A stretch of 62,911 bases of DNA, filler included, from Licmophora abbreviata (GCA_900291995.1; 11 parts of 11 records of this genome joined end to end with filler, not necessarily neighbours in it), one strand, 5' to 3'. Shown: positions 22,749 through 34,639, counted from the whole stretch's first letter. The notes: generated from the letters alone by a model not told the origin. Program-made: numbers and translations.

Positions 22749-23176
22749 TGGTATGAGCAAGACTTCCAGACGTTGCTTCATAAGGTCTTCTGCAAGTACC
22801 CTGGAATCAGCTCATGACAGGGAGTTTCCGCTGCACCATCTAGTAGTACTAGACAAACTTTCTGAACTGCAAAGCACCGACTGCAAGACGACACTACACC
22901 TCAACCAGTCGTCTTAACGCCCCCAATCATTGGGTACCTTCTAACTACGGTAGTAAATGCTCACGCGCATATGTTTGGTTGGTGAAAAGCTACACCTTGT
23001 CAAGACTGCGAAGGTACAGCGGACTTGCGGAGTTACCTAGTACCGACAACCGAAGACGGGCTCTTACTTCTAGACATGCAATCACGAGCTCTAAAATATT
23101 TAGCTCGCCAATTTTTACCAAGTTTTGAAGTTTTGTGCCCCGATTCTTAATTTTGTCGTTTCGAGGGGCATTGACC

Positions 23177-24973
23177 ATGACGAAACCGCGGTGCAGCGCC
23201 GCGGTCTCCTCTCCCATACGACTACAGCGCCGTCTGTGCGACCTTGTGACGTACCATCATATTGGCTTGTGTATGGTTTTCTTGTCGGGGGCGATTCGTT
23301 TGATTGACGGTCTCTCGTTGGGCACTCATCATCGGCGCCAACTACACAGCAGTATCGCCGTGATTGGTGGCGGCGCCAGTGGGATCTTTGCTGCCGTTGC
23401 GGCTGCCGATGCGAACGATCAGGCAAGAGTGGTCGTCCTAGAAAGTACCTCCAAGACACTGAAGAAGGTGGCAATCAGTGGAGGTGGACGAGTTGAGTGA
23501 AGAAGAAAAAATAGTCTACCGAAACAATCGAGCTATTTGTGATGTGATTGGCGCGTTGACTGATGCCACCACTCACACGCCTCCGTCTTTCGCCGTTCTC
23601 CCTCGACAGTGTAATGGTACGTTCTTGCTATAATAGCCCCGTCGCTGGATGACTCTCGCTAGCATATTTTAAGGCAGGCTCATGTTCGTATTCTCTTCTG
23701 CTACCCAACCAGTCATGCACGACACCACGAAATCCGTTTCCGACATTCTCGGCAACTACCCCCGAGGGAGCAAGGAACTGACGGGGTTAATGACCAAGCG
23801 TTTTCCCCCGAGTCAAATACGGGAATGGTTTACTTCCCGTGGCGTACAGCTCAAAACAGAAAGTGATGGACGAATGTTTCCAATCACCGATTCGTCCCAA
23901 ACCATTGTCGATGCGTTGTTGAGGGCGGCCAAGCGGGTAGAGATTGAAACACAGCAGCAGGTGCAAAGCATCGCCCGGGATGAATCAAACGGATCCTTTC
24001 TCATTCAAACCAAACAAGGAGAGACGGCACTTTCTTTTGATGCCGTCATACTGGCAACGGGCTCATTCCCTCGTGGACATGAGCTCGCAAAGCAATTGGG
24101 ATTGCAACTGGTGCCTCCGGTACCATCGCTCTTCACCCTCAGTGCCAAACAGCAAGTCCAAGAGGGGGGCTTGCTGTACGGACTTTCGGGGCTGTCGGTG
24201 CCGTCGGCGCAAATGACATTTCGAGTACCAGGTACGGAAAACACAGTGTTGTGAAGAAGCTCTTAGTGTTTGTACCATTGTCTTTTCATGATGCTCACCA
24301 TATTACGTCGTCTTCAGTCCCCGGCCGGAAGAAGAAAAAGGTTTTGCAACAAGAAGGACCCTTGCTCATTACACACCACGGTGTCTCAGGGCCGGCGGCA
24401 TTGCGGCTATCAGCATTTGGAGCAAGAGAATTTCATGATGTAGATTATCAAGGCGAAGTCTTTGTGCACTGGGCGCCCTCCATTGGCGGGACGGATGACA
24501 TTGCCGAGGCTCTGTGGAGAACGACGACCGTGTATCCGAAACGGGCCATCTCGACGTCGTGTCCGTTGTTCATTGGGGGGAGCTCGGCAATACCACGACG
24601 ATTGTGGGCATCGTTCTGTGATCAAGTCGGGTTTGCCAAAGATACCGTGTGGGCTGAAGCTTCCAAGAAGAAAGTACGAGCGCTGGCACTAATGGTGAGC
24701 GAATGTACTCTGCAAGTGACAGGCAAGGGTGTCTTCAAGGAAGAGTTTGTTACGGCGGGTGGCGTTTCGCTCAAGGATATAGACATGCGTACCATGGAAA
24801 GTCGACCCTGTCCTGGTCTCTTTCTCTGTGGTGAGGTGATCGATGTAGATGGGGTAACTGGAGGTTTCAATTTCATGTCATGCTGGAGTACCGGCTATGT
24901 TGCTGGAAGCAGTGCGGCAGAGTACATTCGAGGGATGAACGACAATATGGAGACGAGCAGGGGATATTCATAA
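23177..24973 (+). CDS. HI0933-family flavoprotein; exons 23177-23491, 23610-23616, 23713-24231, 24318-24973
   Basis: [20 protein letters not shown]|, [40 protein letters not shown]; all junctions GT-AG and in frame. Confidence 0.9.
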
Positions 24974-25231
24974 GGATTGTGTAGTTTCGGGTCTGCTGGG
25001 GTCGTCATATCATACCTGGATACTGGCACATTCTGCGTCCACCTCATACGACCGCTTCCCAGACGACGCACATGCTACATCACCGATTGGCCTCTACCTA
25101 TTGACCAAGCTAACAATTGGGTCAAAATCATGGGTGAAATGGACCATGGGACGAGCAGTTCTCACATCTTAATCTAGGAGTATTGCTGCATCGTCGATGA
25201 AACATTCAGTACAAATATGATAAGATATTCT

Positions 25232-27277
25232 TCACGAAAGTCGAGACAACAAAATGTTCGCGTCCTCTGCGCATTCGAACGGAAACTTGTCCTTCGCCGA
25301 TTGTAGCAGAGGTTCGGTCTGCGACAGAGGAAGTTCCGGCAAGTTGGCATTCTGAAACTCAGTCGCGGCCTTGAGTGCACGGCATCCCTCCTTTTGTACG
25401 TTGGCTGTGTCAGGGTGAGCTCCGAGAGCGTTCAGAATCGCAGTGAACCCGCTCACACTAGCGAGTATTGTGGCTCGGTCGTCACCACCGACAGCAACGA
25501 CATTGGCAATCGCACCGCACGCTTCTTCCTGGACCGCGGCGTCACCCACGTGAGCTTGCATGGCGCCGACGATGGCGGCTATCGCACCCGATGCCACAAA
25601 GGACACTTCGCGCTTCCCGTCAGAGCTCGACATGCCTTTTAACGCTGTACATGCCTTTTCCTGAACGATCGCCTCATTGGGATGCGCCTTCATGGCATTG
25701 ACGACAGCCGCCACTGACGACAGGGATATTCTCAAGATTTCGACGTCATCCGATTTCTTCACCCGGTTTGCAATAGCAATGCAGCCCAGCATCTGCACGC
25801 CTGCATCCTCTTCGTGAGCCCACATGGAAGTTACAACCTCAACGATTTCGACATTCGGCTTTTGCACCAACATTATGGCGTCATGATGCTCGTCCTTCAC
25901 AACACCGTTCTTTTCCTCAGCCTTCACAGCTTCAGTGAGGTCAATACTCAGGGCCTTTTGAAGAGACGGGTGTGCATCCATGTCAATTTGGTCCAATGCC
26001 TTAGGGTATGCATCGTATAAGCTCTTGACTCCACCGCCAATCCATTGCTTTCCACTGTCGATCGCTAGAGTCAACGGAAATTTCCCTTGCGAGTCCGGCA
26101 TACCCGCACCTTCTGGAAACTTGTACAGCAGTTCATCGACAACGTACTTTGAATGAAACTCCGGAAAGGACACTCGCTTTTTGTCAGCCTTGGGAGGCAT
26201 CGACTTGGCCGCATAGTGCAGTGGTAAGTTTCCAAACTCATCTACCTGCGTCAATTCTTCCGAATTGGTCTCGACAATGTACCGCAACAAGTCAGGAGGC
26301 GTGTCCACTTGAATGGCACGATGCACAATGCGCCAATCTCCCTTTTTACGTTCGGGTCGCAAGAGCAATTCAATGATTTTCCACGTATTTCCCGCGGCCA
26401 ACTTGTACTTGCGTCGATGGTCCACGACCTCGCGCCTCGAATTGTCTCCGGCAAAGAACTTTTCGGAGAGATCAAACTGACGCGTAAATCGACGATAGAG
26501 CAGTGCCAATGGCTTATCAGCGTCGGATTCATTACTGACAGATACCATGGGAGGATTTGACTCCTGTAGAGCAGCAATGAAGGGGACTGTCGGTCCCGGC
26601 GAGACAAAGTCGTCTGGAATGGACTGTAGGGCCCAGTAGAGTGGTGTGCAAGCACCAATCACGGAACTTCCATAGAGGACATTGTTTCGCGACAAATACT
26701 CCACCGATCCTTCGTAATCTCCCGATACTAAAAGTCGAATGACATGTGCTCGACTGATCCAACGCGGTTTGGCAGGCTGTTCTCCGGGAGGAGGAACTGA
26801 GGAAGCCAGGACATAGTGCAGCGGAATAAAGCCATACGAGTTTTCCATTCCCAGGGCATCCGGCCGTGCTTGAATCAAGGCTCGAATCGCCGACACGACC
26901 GACTGCGGAGAGTGTTCGTCCGTGGTGCCGTCGTTGAAGTCCACCATGGCGCAGGCCGCATGGAGGGGAGTAGATCTACTCCGTGGACTCTGGTACATCA
27001 CACAGGAAGGATCTTTGTGACAGAGCTGAATGACCTGCGGCCACAGAGTCGATTTATCCAAAGTAGGACGCTCTTGTGCCTTGACCAAGAGTTTCATTAG
27101 CTTCGATGATGCCTTGGGACTGCCGCCAAGACTCTTTTTGCTACTGGCGTCCGATTTGGAGGTCGGCTGTGGCCCGTCTTTGGCCTTGCGAGTGCTCTTG
27201 CGGACGATCGGTGCCCCCGACGCCGTCGGAGGCTTTTGATTCGAAACCGCGTCCTCTTTACTAGCCTTGCACCCCAT
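25232..27277 (-). CDS. N-acylated (MGC) protein with ankyrin-like repeats and C-terminal armadillo-like repeats
   Basis: MGCKASK; TPLHAAC, IPLHYV, LPLHYAA; AMKAHPNEAIVQEKAC and AMQAHVGDAAVQEEAC repeats. Confidence 0.8.
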   Translation of the reverse strand: MGCKASKEDAVSNQKPPTASGAPIVRKSTRKAKDGPQPTSKSDASSKKSLGGSPKASSKLMKLLVKAQERPTLDKSTLWPQVIQLCHKDPSCVMYQSPRSRSTPLHAACAMVDFNDGTTDEHSPQSVVSAIRALIQARPDALGMENSYGFIPLHYVLASSVPPPGEQPAKPRWISRAHVIRLLVSGDYEGSVEYLSRNNVLYGSSVIGACTPLYWALQSIPDDFVSPGPTVPFIAALQESNPPMVSVSNESDADKPLALLYRRFTRQFDLSEKFFAGDNSRREVVDHRRKYKLAAGNTWKIIELLLRPERKKGDWRIVHRAIQVDTPPDLLRYIVETNSEELTQVDEFGNLPLHYAAKSMPPKADKKRVSFPEFHSKYVVDELLYKFPEGAGMPDSQGKFPLTLAIDSGKQWIGGGVKSLYDAYPKALDQIDMDAHPSLQKALSIDLTEAVKAEEKNGVVKDEHHDAIMLVQKPNVEIVEVVTSMWAHEEDAGVQMLGCIAIANRVKKSDDVEILRISLSSVAAVVNAMKAHPNEAIVQEKACTALKGMSSSDGKREVSFVASGAIAAIVGAMQAHVGDAAVQEEACGAIANVVAVGGDDRATILASVSGFTAILNALGAHPDTANVQKEGCRALKAATEFQNANLPELPLSQTEPLLQSAKDKFPFECAEDANILLSRLS

Positions 27278-27423
27278 GGTCGCTTAACGATGAGACGGAT
27301 CTCTCGTCCTAGAGTAGACAAATNNNNNNNNNNNNNNNNNNNNNNNNNNNNNNNNNNNNNNNNNNNNTTAATTAATTAANNNNNNNNNNNNNNNNNNNNN
27401 NNNNNNNNNNNNNNNNNNNNNNN

Positions 27424-28640
27424 TCCAAGTCTTGCTCCATTTCGATCGCAGCAATCTTCTCCAACAATCGTATAACTTTGGCATCATGTTCCCCAAGATG
27501 CTTCCATCGAATCGACAAGGCCTGTTGATAGCAGTCGAGCGCGAGGTGCCCATCTCGTTGTGCCATGTGCACATCTCCAATGTTGCTGTGCACCGTCGCA
27601 ACATCCAAATTTCCAGCTCCAAGCTGTATTTGTAAAATGTGCAGTGCCTGTTGATACGATTCGAGGGCGGGTTCAAACTGGCGTGTGCTAAAGTAGACAC
27701 TCCCGATGTTGTTCAATGTCTTGCCCACGCTCAGGTGATCGTGTCCCAGAACGTCTCGCTTGATGTTGAGCGAATCCTTATAGGCCTTCATGATTTCGTC
27801 CGGCGTTGCGCCGGATCGTTGTCTCAAGTATCCAATGTTGTTCATGGAGGTGGCGACCGAGGCCAGCATGTGTGTTGTCGAGCTATCCACAGAATCATCC
27901 ATCGAAGGAGTAGTGCTGTTCTTGTTTCGAGTATTCCCATACGTAGCCCCCTGACGACTCGCGGTTCGTTTCCTGCCCGTCACGCTAGTTCTACCACTCT
28001 CATACTTGTGGTCGTGTTCCAGCCGTATCGTTTGCTTTTTCAGTTTCAGGGCCCTCGTGTAAGAGGCCATGGCCATTTGATAATTTCCCTTTTCAAAAAG
28101 CTCATTGCCCACGGAATCCAAGGCAGCCGCCGCTTCCGCGATACGGTTCATCTCCGTGGCAGAATGAGGAGGATCACTCCTACTACTAGCATCATTGTCG
28201 ATGGAGTCGTTGGTAGATTCCTTGCGCCGCCGTCTTCGATGAGATTGATGTGCTGGAGCGGCGGAGCTATGCGGCATTCTTCTTCTTGGAGTTTCCGCGC
28301 CGTCATGACGCGGAGAGTTGGGAGACTTACAGGGAGGTGTCTTTTTGATACCTCTGCTACTCACGTGCGGGGTTCGGTTCAGGAATTTCGGTTTGAGAGG
28401 AGTCGTGATTGCAGAAGTCCCAGTCGTAGGCGTCTGCGGAGGATCCGCCACTGCAATATTATGATCTGGAGCGGTCTCGCCTCTGGTAGCATTAGCATCA
28501 TCATCCTTAGCCTGCTGATGGACGTCAACGACGACAGAAACTGCAGGATCCGCCATACAAGTAGTATTATTATCAAAGGAAGCCCTGCTACTACTGTGCC
28601 GACGACGAAACGAAAAATTCTTGCGCAAGGAAGCTCTCAT
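27424..28640 (-). CDS. TPR protein (kinesin light chain-like repeats), 3' end in gap
   Basis: VATSMNNIG, LGHDHLSVGKTLNNIG, VATVHSNIG. Confidence 0.85.
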
Positions 28641-29471
28641 GATGCCTGCAGAATAAGGATTAGCAACAGCGCAAACGAAGAGAGTCTTCGCATGTAGTGT
28701 CTGTGTACAAACACGGATGAAGTTTTGAGTTTTGTGGTGAATTCGAAAACGGGACTATAAGAAGATCCAGCCTTTCTCTTGCTTTTTTCAGCTTCAGCTT
28801 TCAGTGACCAGCCAGTTGTTCCAGCCTGTGTGCATTGAAACGACGGTGCTAGGTTTCTCTATCATAGACAGTGCAGCTTTACCAGAAGACTATATCTGCA
28901 CATGGCTGAATGTGGATGTGGCACAGCGGCCCATCCACGCGAATCGAAAATCTCGACCTTGCGTCGAAACTTCGTGGCAAGAATGCTCCATTTTCAGCGA
29001 TGTATGATATTTCACTTATCACACTTCCTTGGAAGCGTCATATTCACTTATCAACCATGGTACGAGTATCTACAATGAGGTCGATCCTCCACCCGTTCCG
29101 CGGAAAGGCGCCGATTTCGGATTCACGTCAAAACATCCACAGGATGGCGCGCTCAACTCCAAGCGCGTCAACCAAACAAAACAAAACGGTGCACCCACAC
29201 ATTCAACATTCGAACATGATGCACATGGATGACACGGCGACAAGGAAAGCCCTCCTCACCCTTTTTGATTCTGTGTCGTTGCCCCTCCTCCACGACTTTC
29301 CTACTGCCATCCCATTTCCACGCGTAAGACTCCCCCTAAAGAGAGCTTACTTCTTCTAAGAACGAACGCGCTTTTAAAAAACAAGAGAGAACGCGAGGAA
29401 CAGCAGCCTTCATGTTGAACTTTGTTTGTTTACCGTTCAGCTAGTATACCGGAAAGTCTCACAGCGCCAGC

Positions 29472-30824
29472 ATGAGCAACGACGACACACCGGTACGCTT
29501 CACCGACAATGAAGATGAAGTCGAAGCCATGGCACGATGCGAAGACTGTGGGCACATGGTTCCCGAGCTCAACCTTACGATTCATCATGCAACGGCTTGT
29601 TCCGCTCGTGCACGAGCACCCTCACCGCCGTCCCCTGTGCAGAGTCGTGGCACTGCGAGTAGCCCTAGTACCTGGTTTCCTTCGTTTGCATCGACGGAGC
29701 GATCAGCAGAACGGCCCTTGCGGTCCATACTGCGACACGACTCAAGCCATCACGGGTCCAACACCTCGGTCGCATCCGCGCCGCAGAACACCACCCCGCG
29801 TCGTCGGGTGCCCAGAAACAATCGCGAAGTCATTCATATTCAAGACAGCCCCCAGCGCACTGCTCTACCCCAACAACAACAACAACCGACAAAGACAAAC
29901 ACTGCCACAACGTCTGCTACTTTCGCAGAATGGCCCTGTCCTCGCTGCACCTTGCTCAATCCCGTAGCACGGAGTCACTGTGACGCGTGTCAGATGGCGC
30001 GCACGAGTACCACAGACAGCAACACGGTTCGTGCCCCGGATCCGACGCGACGCGAAGCTCTACTCCCCAACTCTCATAGTGCATACGAAAATCCTCCTGT
30101 ATCTCCCGGTAGTGCCATTGGCAGTGGTGCCTTGCTCGGGTCCGTCCTCGGTGCTGCCGGTGCCTACTTGAATGGACGTTCTGTCGGGGGTGGAGCCATT
30201 GAGGGTGCCATGAGTGGTGCCATGGGAGCAGCGCTGGTTTCATCCGTATGGAACGATGGTTCTGGACAATCGCAAAGCATGTCAGCAGTACAGCAGCACG
30301 CCTTTCTTGGCGGGCAGCAGGCCACGCAACACTTTCCTGAAATGCATCCTCGAGCATCCTTTCGTGTGGTCCGTCAACGCACTACGAATGGCAGCACTTT
30401 GGAAACCGTCTATGTCCATTCTCCAAATGCCGCAGGCGTGTCTCTGGAGCATCCATCGGACGATGTGACGCGAGGCGGGTTGAGGATAGATCCCTATCGT
30501 ACAGTGTATCCATACCCACGGGCGAGGCATCTAAATCTGGACAACTTATCGTACGAACAAATGCTGGATGTCTTTGGCGACGGCTCGGAGAATCGCGGTG
30601 CGTCGGAAGGAGACATTCAATCCTTGCCCGTGAGTAAGGTCAAGGACCCCTTCCAGCTCCCCGAAGACAAACGTCAGTGTTCCATTTGCTTGGAAGAGTT
30701 TCAGGGCGGTGACACGCGCAAAGTCATGGGATGCTTGCATGGATTTCATAGCGACTGCATTGACAAGTGGCTGCGTACGAATGGATCGTGCCCAGTCTGC
30801 AAGCACCGTGTGGGGGGACAGTAG
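29472..30824 (+). CDS. RING-H2 E3 ubiquitin ligase with N-terminal zinc finger and RanBP2/NZF finger
   Basis: CEDC...HHATAC; WPCPRCTLLN...CDAC; CSICLEEF...CLHGFHSDCIDKWL...CPVCK. Confidence 0.9.
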   Translation: MSNDDTPVRFTDNEDEVEAMARCEDCGHMVPELNLTIHHATACSARARAPSPPSPVQSRGTASSPSTWFPSFASTERSAERPLRSILRHDSSHHGSNTSVASAPQNTTPRRRVPRNNREVIHIQDSPQRTALPQQQQQPTKTNTATTSATFAEWPCPRCTLLNPVARSHCDACQMARTSTTDSNTVRAPDPTRREALLPNSHSAYENPPVSPGSAIGSGALLGSVLGAAGAYLNGRSVGGGAIEGAMSGAMGAALVSSVWNDGSGQSQSMSAVQQHAFLGGQQATQHFPEMHPRASFRVVRQRTTNGSTLETVYVHSPNAAGVSLEHPSDDVTRGGLRIDPYRTVYPYPRARHLNLDNLSYEQMLDVFGDGSENRGASEGDIQSLPVSKVKDPFQLPEDKRQCSICLEEFQGGDTRKVMGCLHGFHSDCIDKWLRTNGSCPVCKHRVGGQ

Positions 30825-31128
30825 ACTATTGCGCCGACCGAAGGCATCCGGTGGCATCCTCATAGAGTTATTAGGAAACTAGCTGTTAGACTTTGGTAGA
30901 CCTTTGTAAGTGTAACCATATCTACTTACGAGGCCGATTTCTCGAGCTTTCTTGTTCTCGATTCAGATTCATTCGACTTGAGCTCGCATTTCTGACCTGG
31001 CAGGCTATGAGGTGTCAATCCTATTTCCTGTAGGATTCTACGTGAACCCAGCACTCATCAGGAGTGACACGATGCCTTTTTGAGAAACTGTTCCGATTGC
31101 TAATTCAGAACACAAACGCACAACACGC

Positions 31129-32203
31129 ATGACAATGACGGCTCCTTTTGTGCGCTTCCTGACACTTTCGGCCGCGCTTTTGGCGTCCCCAGCATGTGCT
31201 TGGGTCCCTCCATCATCGCCAGGGCCGTCGATAGGCTTTCATAAATCTCAAACGAGTAAAACATCAATTTATCCACCGGCCACCTCACTGAGCGCCCTGC
31301 TGGATCCTTCCGAAGCGTATGAAGCCGCCGACACGTCGTTTCTCAGCGCCTCCGACGTGGCTCGACTCTCCAAAATGCGCTCTCGACATGTCACCATGCC
31401 GCTCATGATTCACGATGCCATGCTGCCAGGGCAACGCTTAGAGTTCGGTTCGCCCGATACCAAGTTTCACCGTCTCATGCAGGCGGTACTGTCCAACGGT
31501 GACGAGATGGAAATTGGCATGGTAGGTTTCAATCCACACACGGGACGACCTCTCAACATGGGGGTGACGATGAAGCTTAGACCAGATGCCATCACGATTC
31601 ATCCAGAAACGCAGGTCATGACAATTAGTGCGCAGGCCACGCGTCGTCGTTTTGAAGTCCAGGGCGAGCCTTGGATGGATGATACAGACTCGTTTTACTT
31701 TGCCAATGTCGAATTGGTAGAGGATCGTCCTGAAGCAGAACTATCCGAAGAGCTGCAAGAGCAAGCAGATGTTCTCATGGAAGCCCTGCCTGGTCTTGTC
31801 GAGGAGTGGCTGCAGTGGGTGCTGAAATCTGGCAAGAGCACAGTACAAAGCATGGCAGAACGTATGGAGGTATGTAGCATTTACGTGTACTTGCCAAGGA
31901 GGTCAGGCGAAATGGTGTCCACTATAGATTTCTACAGTGCTGGTTCGCTGGTCTCACATGAATTGACTCTTCTCACCCCTCGTCTCTTCGGGATAATAGG
32001 ACATTGGCATTTTGCCTGACACCATGACGGACCGGGCAATCTGGGCAGCAGCACTAGTGAACCCAATTCCACCCCTGGGGGTCTGCTTGGAGGTTCGGCC
32101 TGCAATGCTCGCATGTAAAAATGATTTTGATCGTTTGTATCTGGCATCAGCAGCCTTGCAGTCCAGCATCGATCACATGTCGGGAAAGAAAAGGTTGTTT
32201 TGA
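31129..32203 (+). CDS. Lon N-terminal (substrate-binding)-like domain protein, plastid-targeted; intron 31870-31999
   Basis: ACA|WVP targeting; DAMLPGQRLEF, RRFEV; exon 2 WAAALVNPIPPLGVCLEVRPAML. Confidence 0.72.
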
Positions 32204-32467
32204 AAAGGGAAGAAGGCAAACAGATACCAGCATTGATCAGCAGCGGCACCAACAGGCAAGAGAAGAATCAAGATGTAGACTAGCAGACAAAGCTCGGGAA
32301 CAAGCAGTAGGGCGAAAGTGAGCTGCACGATACACGAATTTTGTACAAGCACACAAGCACAAGAAAGAAACATACGGGCAACCAATGGCCGATGCATGAA
32401 TGTACATTACACATCTTTACACTGGATTTAAGCTAGAGATAGCAAAAACCAGGGCTTATCTGCGTCA

Positions 32468-34639
32468 TTACGGCTTCATTTCCGATAGAAAGGACGCAAT
32501 CAATCTGTGTGCATCTGGTGTCAAGGACGCTATCTTGCTTTGGACACTTCCCGGCTCAAAGGACACCCCGACCGTTCCCGTGACAAAATCTGCTTCTTGC
32601 AGACCACCGAGGCTCGCATCGTCGTCCATCAGACATTGCACAAAGTCCACTCCCAGCGCCTCTCCAAACTCGGCAGCAGTCCGAACTGTCCCCAGTCCAG
32701 ACCCCCTTCCCAACAACTCTTCTCGCACTACAAATTGTGCTTGCTCTTTAAGCTTCGTTCTGCCCTCGTCCTTTGTCTTCGTATCCTGCAATGGGGTCGG
32801 ACGATGCGCACGACTCCACAAATGATAGCACACAGTCTGACTCGGCGCGTACAAATCATAGCCGTGAGTATACAATCGCACCGCCATGCTCAACTCCTCC
32901 CCGAAGAACAAATGGCGCAGACGGGCATTGTACGGACAGTCGCTTATCACACGCCCATGACTAAAGTTGAACCCCGCCGCGTACAAGCGATGACAGACTG
33001 ATGCGTCTTGATTTTGCATCAGTCGTCCTCGTTGACGTAGCATACCGTCCGAATCAAACTTCCAAGGTACCAGCAGAGTGCCGCGTGTTTCTCTGGGAAT
33101 GCTGTTGGGCAAATGATAGCCAACAGGATAGGTCGTCAACATGACTTTCGTATCCTGGTTTTTCTGTTGCTGTAGTGACTCTAGCTGTTCAATAAGGTAC
33201 GTATCCCAGGCTGGTCGGAACCGCATATGCGAGTCAATCTGTAAGACGTAGTCTTCGTCTTGGTACAAGTGTTGACAGAGAGAACGGGCGTAGCAGGGTC
33301 CTTGGGCATGTCTTGCGTGCAACGTCAAGACACGGATACGAGAGGACGCCCGAAAGCTGCCAATAACTTCATCCAATTTGCACTGTATTGGTGCATCTTG
33401 CAAGGGATCCAATTGCAAAACAATGCCCACAAAGATACGAGCTGGGTGCTGCGCAGTGGATAAGAGGGATTGTACGGTGGGTGCCAGTTCCGAATCGCGA
33501 TAGGCTGCAATCGATACAAAGATGGACTTCCGAGACGACGAAGTGGAAGTCTCATCCTCTACAAGAAGCGGCAACGGAGGAGATAGGGACGGCATCGCTG
33601 CAGTATGAGCCTCAAGTACTGGTGCAATCGAGGTTCCAGTATGAGGAGGCGCCCTCGGGATATCGCCATTGCATCCGTTCTCGTTTACTGTTCCGTAAAA
33701 CCACAGCGTCACCGCCGCTCGTGGCCGTCGATGACTTGGAAGGACTTGATGCTCCACCCCGTCCGATCGAAAGACGACCAATCGATTGGAATACGGAGGC
33801 ACGTCAAAATGATGACTGTCGTTTCCACTTGTACCAAAGAGTCGCAAGCAGCCCCCATCCTTCTCCGCATCCCAGTCCGCAGGCGTCAAGTAGTAAATGA
33901 CTGTAACGACCCGTTCCGTCGGTGATGATGATACCGGTGTTGTCCTTGTGGACTGTTGTTGCGGCTCATCTCGACATGCATGCGAGCGATCGCAATGTTT
34001 TGGATATCCACTCACTCCATTGCCAGGATAAACGGCCAGTTGCACCGATGTACGCGATCGATCTAGCGTGATTGTAGTCGTGCTGCTGCGTTTGGTACTA
34101 CTCCTACTAGTAGTAGCGTTGGACGGCGACACGTAGTGAAGGACCGTCTCTTGGATACGAAGGAGCAACTGGTTCAATTGTGGGTAAGACTGTTGGAATT
34201 CGCGACTGGATCGTTCCTCTCGTGACAAGAAGCGACTCTTGTCGCCTCGTGTCGTCCGAAGATGATGATGATCGTCGTCGTTTGTTCTTGTCGCCATCAG
34301 CAAATTCAATACGGACTCCATCTGAACATCACCCATCGTCCTAGAGATCTTCAATGAGGCATCCGTCAGGATACTTCTTGTGGAACCCTCGCTTACGGTA
34401 GTCGTTGTATAGACTTCCTTCAATAAGGCCGCATGTTTGACCGGAGATAGGACTCGATCCAAAACATTCCAGGCGGATGATCCCTCCTGTTCTTGCAAGG
34501 CACGCGTCGTGACGGGAGTCCAACACGGCAGTAATGACACCGCGGATTCACTTCTACTACTTCTAGAGGACGACGAGCGGATGCTTCTGCTTTCGTTGTC
34601 CATCATGCTTTTGCTTGGGGTGTCGAACGGCGCCATCAT
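32468..34639 (-). CDS. Prolyl 4-hydroxylase (PhyA/PHD-type) fused to GT60 Skp1 GlcNAc-transferase (Gnt1-type)
   Basis: YPKHCD...TVIYYL...W...GGCLRLF...RLVVFRS...HQVLP...R then IFVSIAAYRD, GPCYAR, QIDSHMRF, AAGFNF, LFFGEE in one uninterrupted ORF; start uncertain. Confidence 0.88.
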   Translation of the reverse strand: MMAPFDTPSKSMMDNESRSIRSSSSRSSRSESAVSLLPCWTPVTTRALQEQEGSSAWNVLDRVLSPVKHAALLKEVYTTTTVSEGSTRSILTDASLKISRTMGDVQMESVLNLLMATRTNDDDHHHLRTTRGDKSRFLSREERSSREFQQSYPQLNQLLLRIQETVLHYVSPSNATTSRSSTKRSSTTTITLDRSRTSVQLAVYPGNGVSGYPKHCDRSHACRDEPQQQSTRTTPVSSSPTERVVTVIYYLTPADWDAEKDGGCLRLFGTSGNDSHHFDVPPYSNRLVVFRSDGVEHQVLPSHRRPRAAVTLWFYGTVNENGCNGDIPRAPPHTGTSIAPVLEAHTAAMPSLSPPLPLLVEDETSTSSSRKSIFVSIAAYRDSELAPTVQSLLSTAQHPARIFVGIVLQLDPLQDAPIQCKLDEVIGSFRASSRIRVLTLHARHAQGPCYARSLCQHLYQDEDYVLQIDSHMRFRPAWDTYLIEQLESLQQQKNQDTKVMLTTYPVGYHLPNSIPRETRGTLLVPWKFDSDGMLRQRGRLMQNQDASVCHRLYAAGFNFSHGRVISDCPYNARLRHLFFGEELSMAVRLYTHGYDLYAPSQTVCYHLWSRAHRPTPLQDTKTKDEGRTKLKEQAQFVVREELLGRGSGLGTVRTAAEFGEALGVDFVQCLMDDDASLGGLQEADFVTGTVGVSFEPGSVQSKIASLTPDAHRLIASFLSEMKP

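Noticed and set aside
23489..23500. TGA after GGGRVE as a third selenocysteine codon
   Set aside because: It lies inside intron 23492-23609; the Cys comes from the microexon
28804..29359. Short ORFs between the TPR and RING genes (also 41079-41608 and 52225-52742)
   Set aside because: No motifs or convincing exon structure; treated as intergenic
1837..34639. Three Fe/2-OG oxygenases as a biosynthetic gene cluster
   Set aside because: They are dispersed among unrelated housekeeping genes, belong to different subfamilies, and no scaffold-forming enzyme is present
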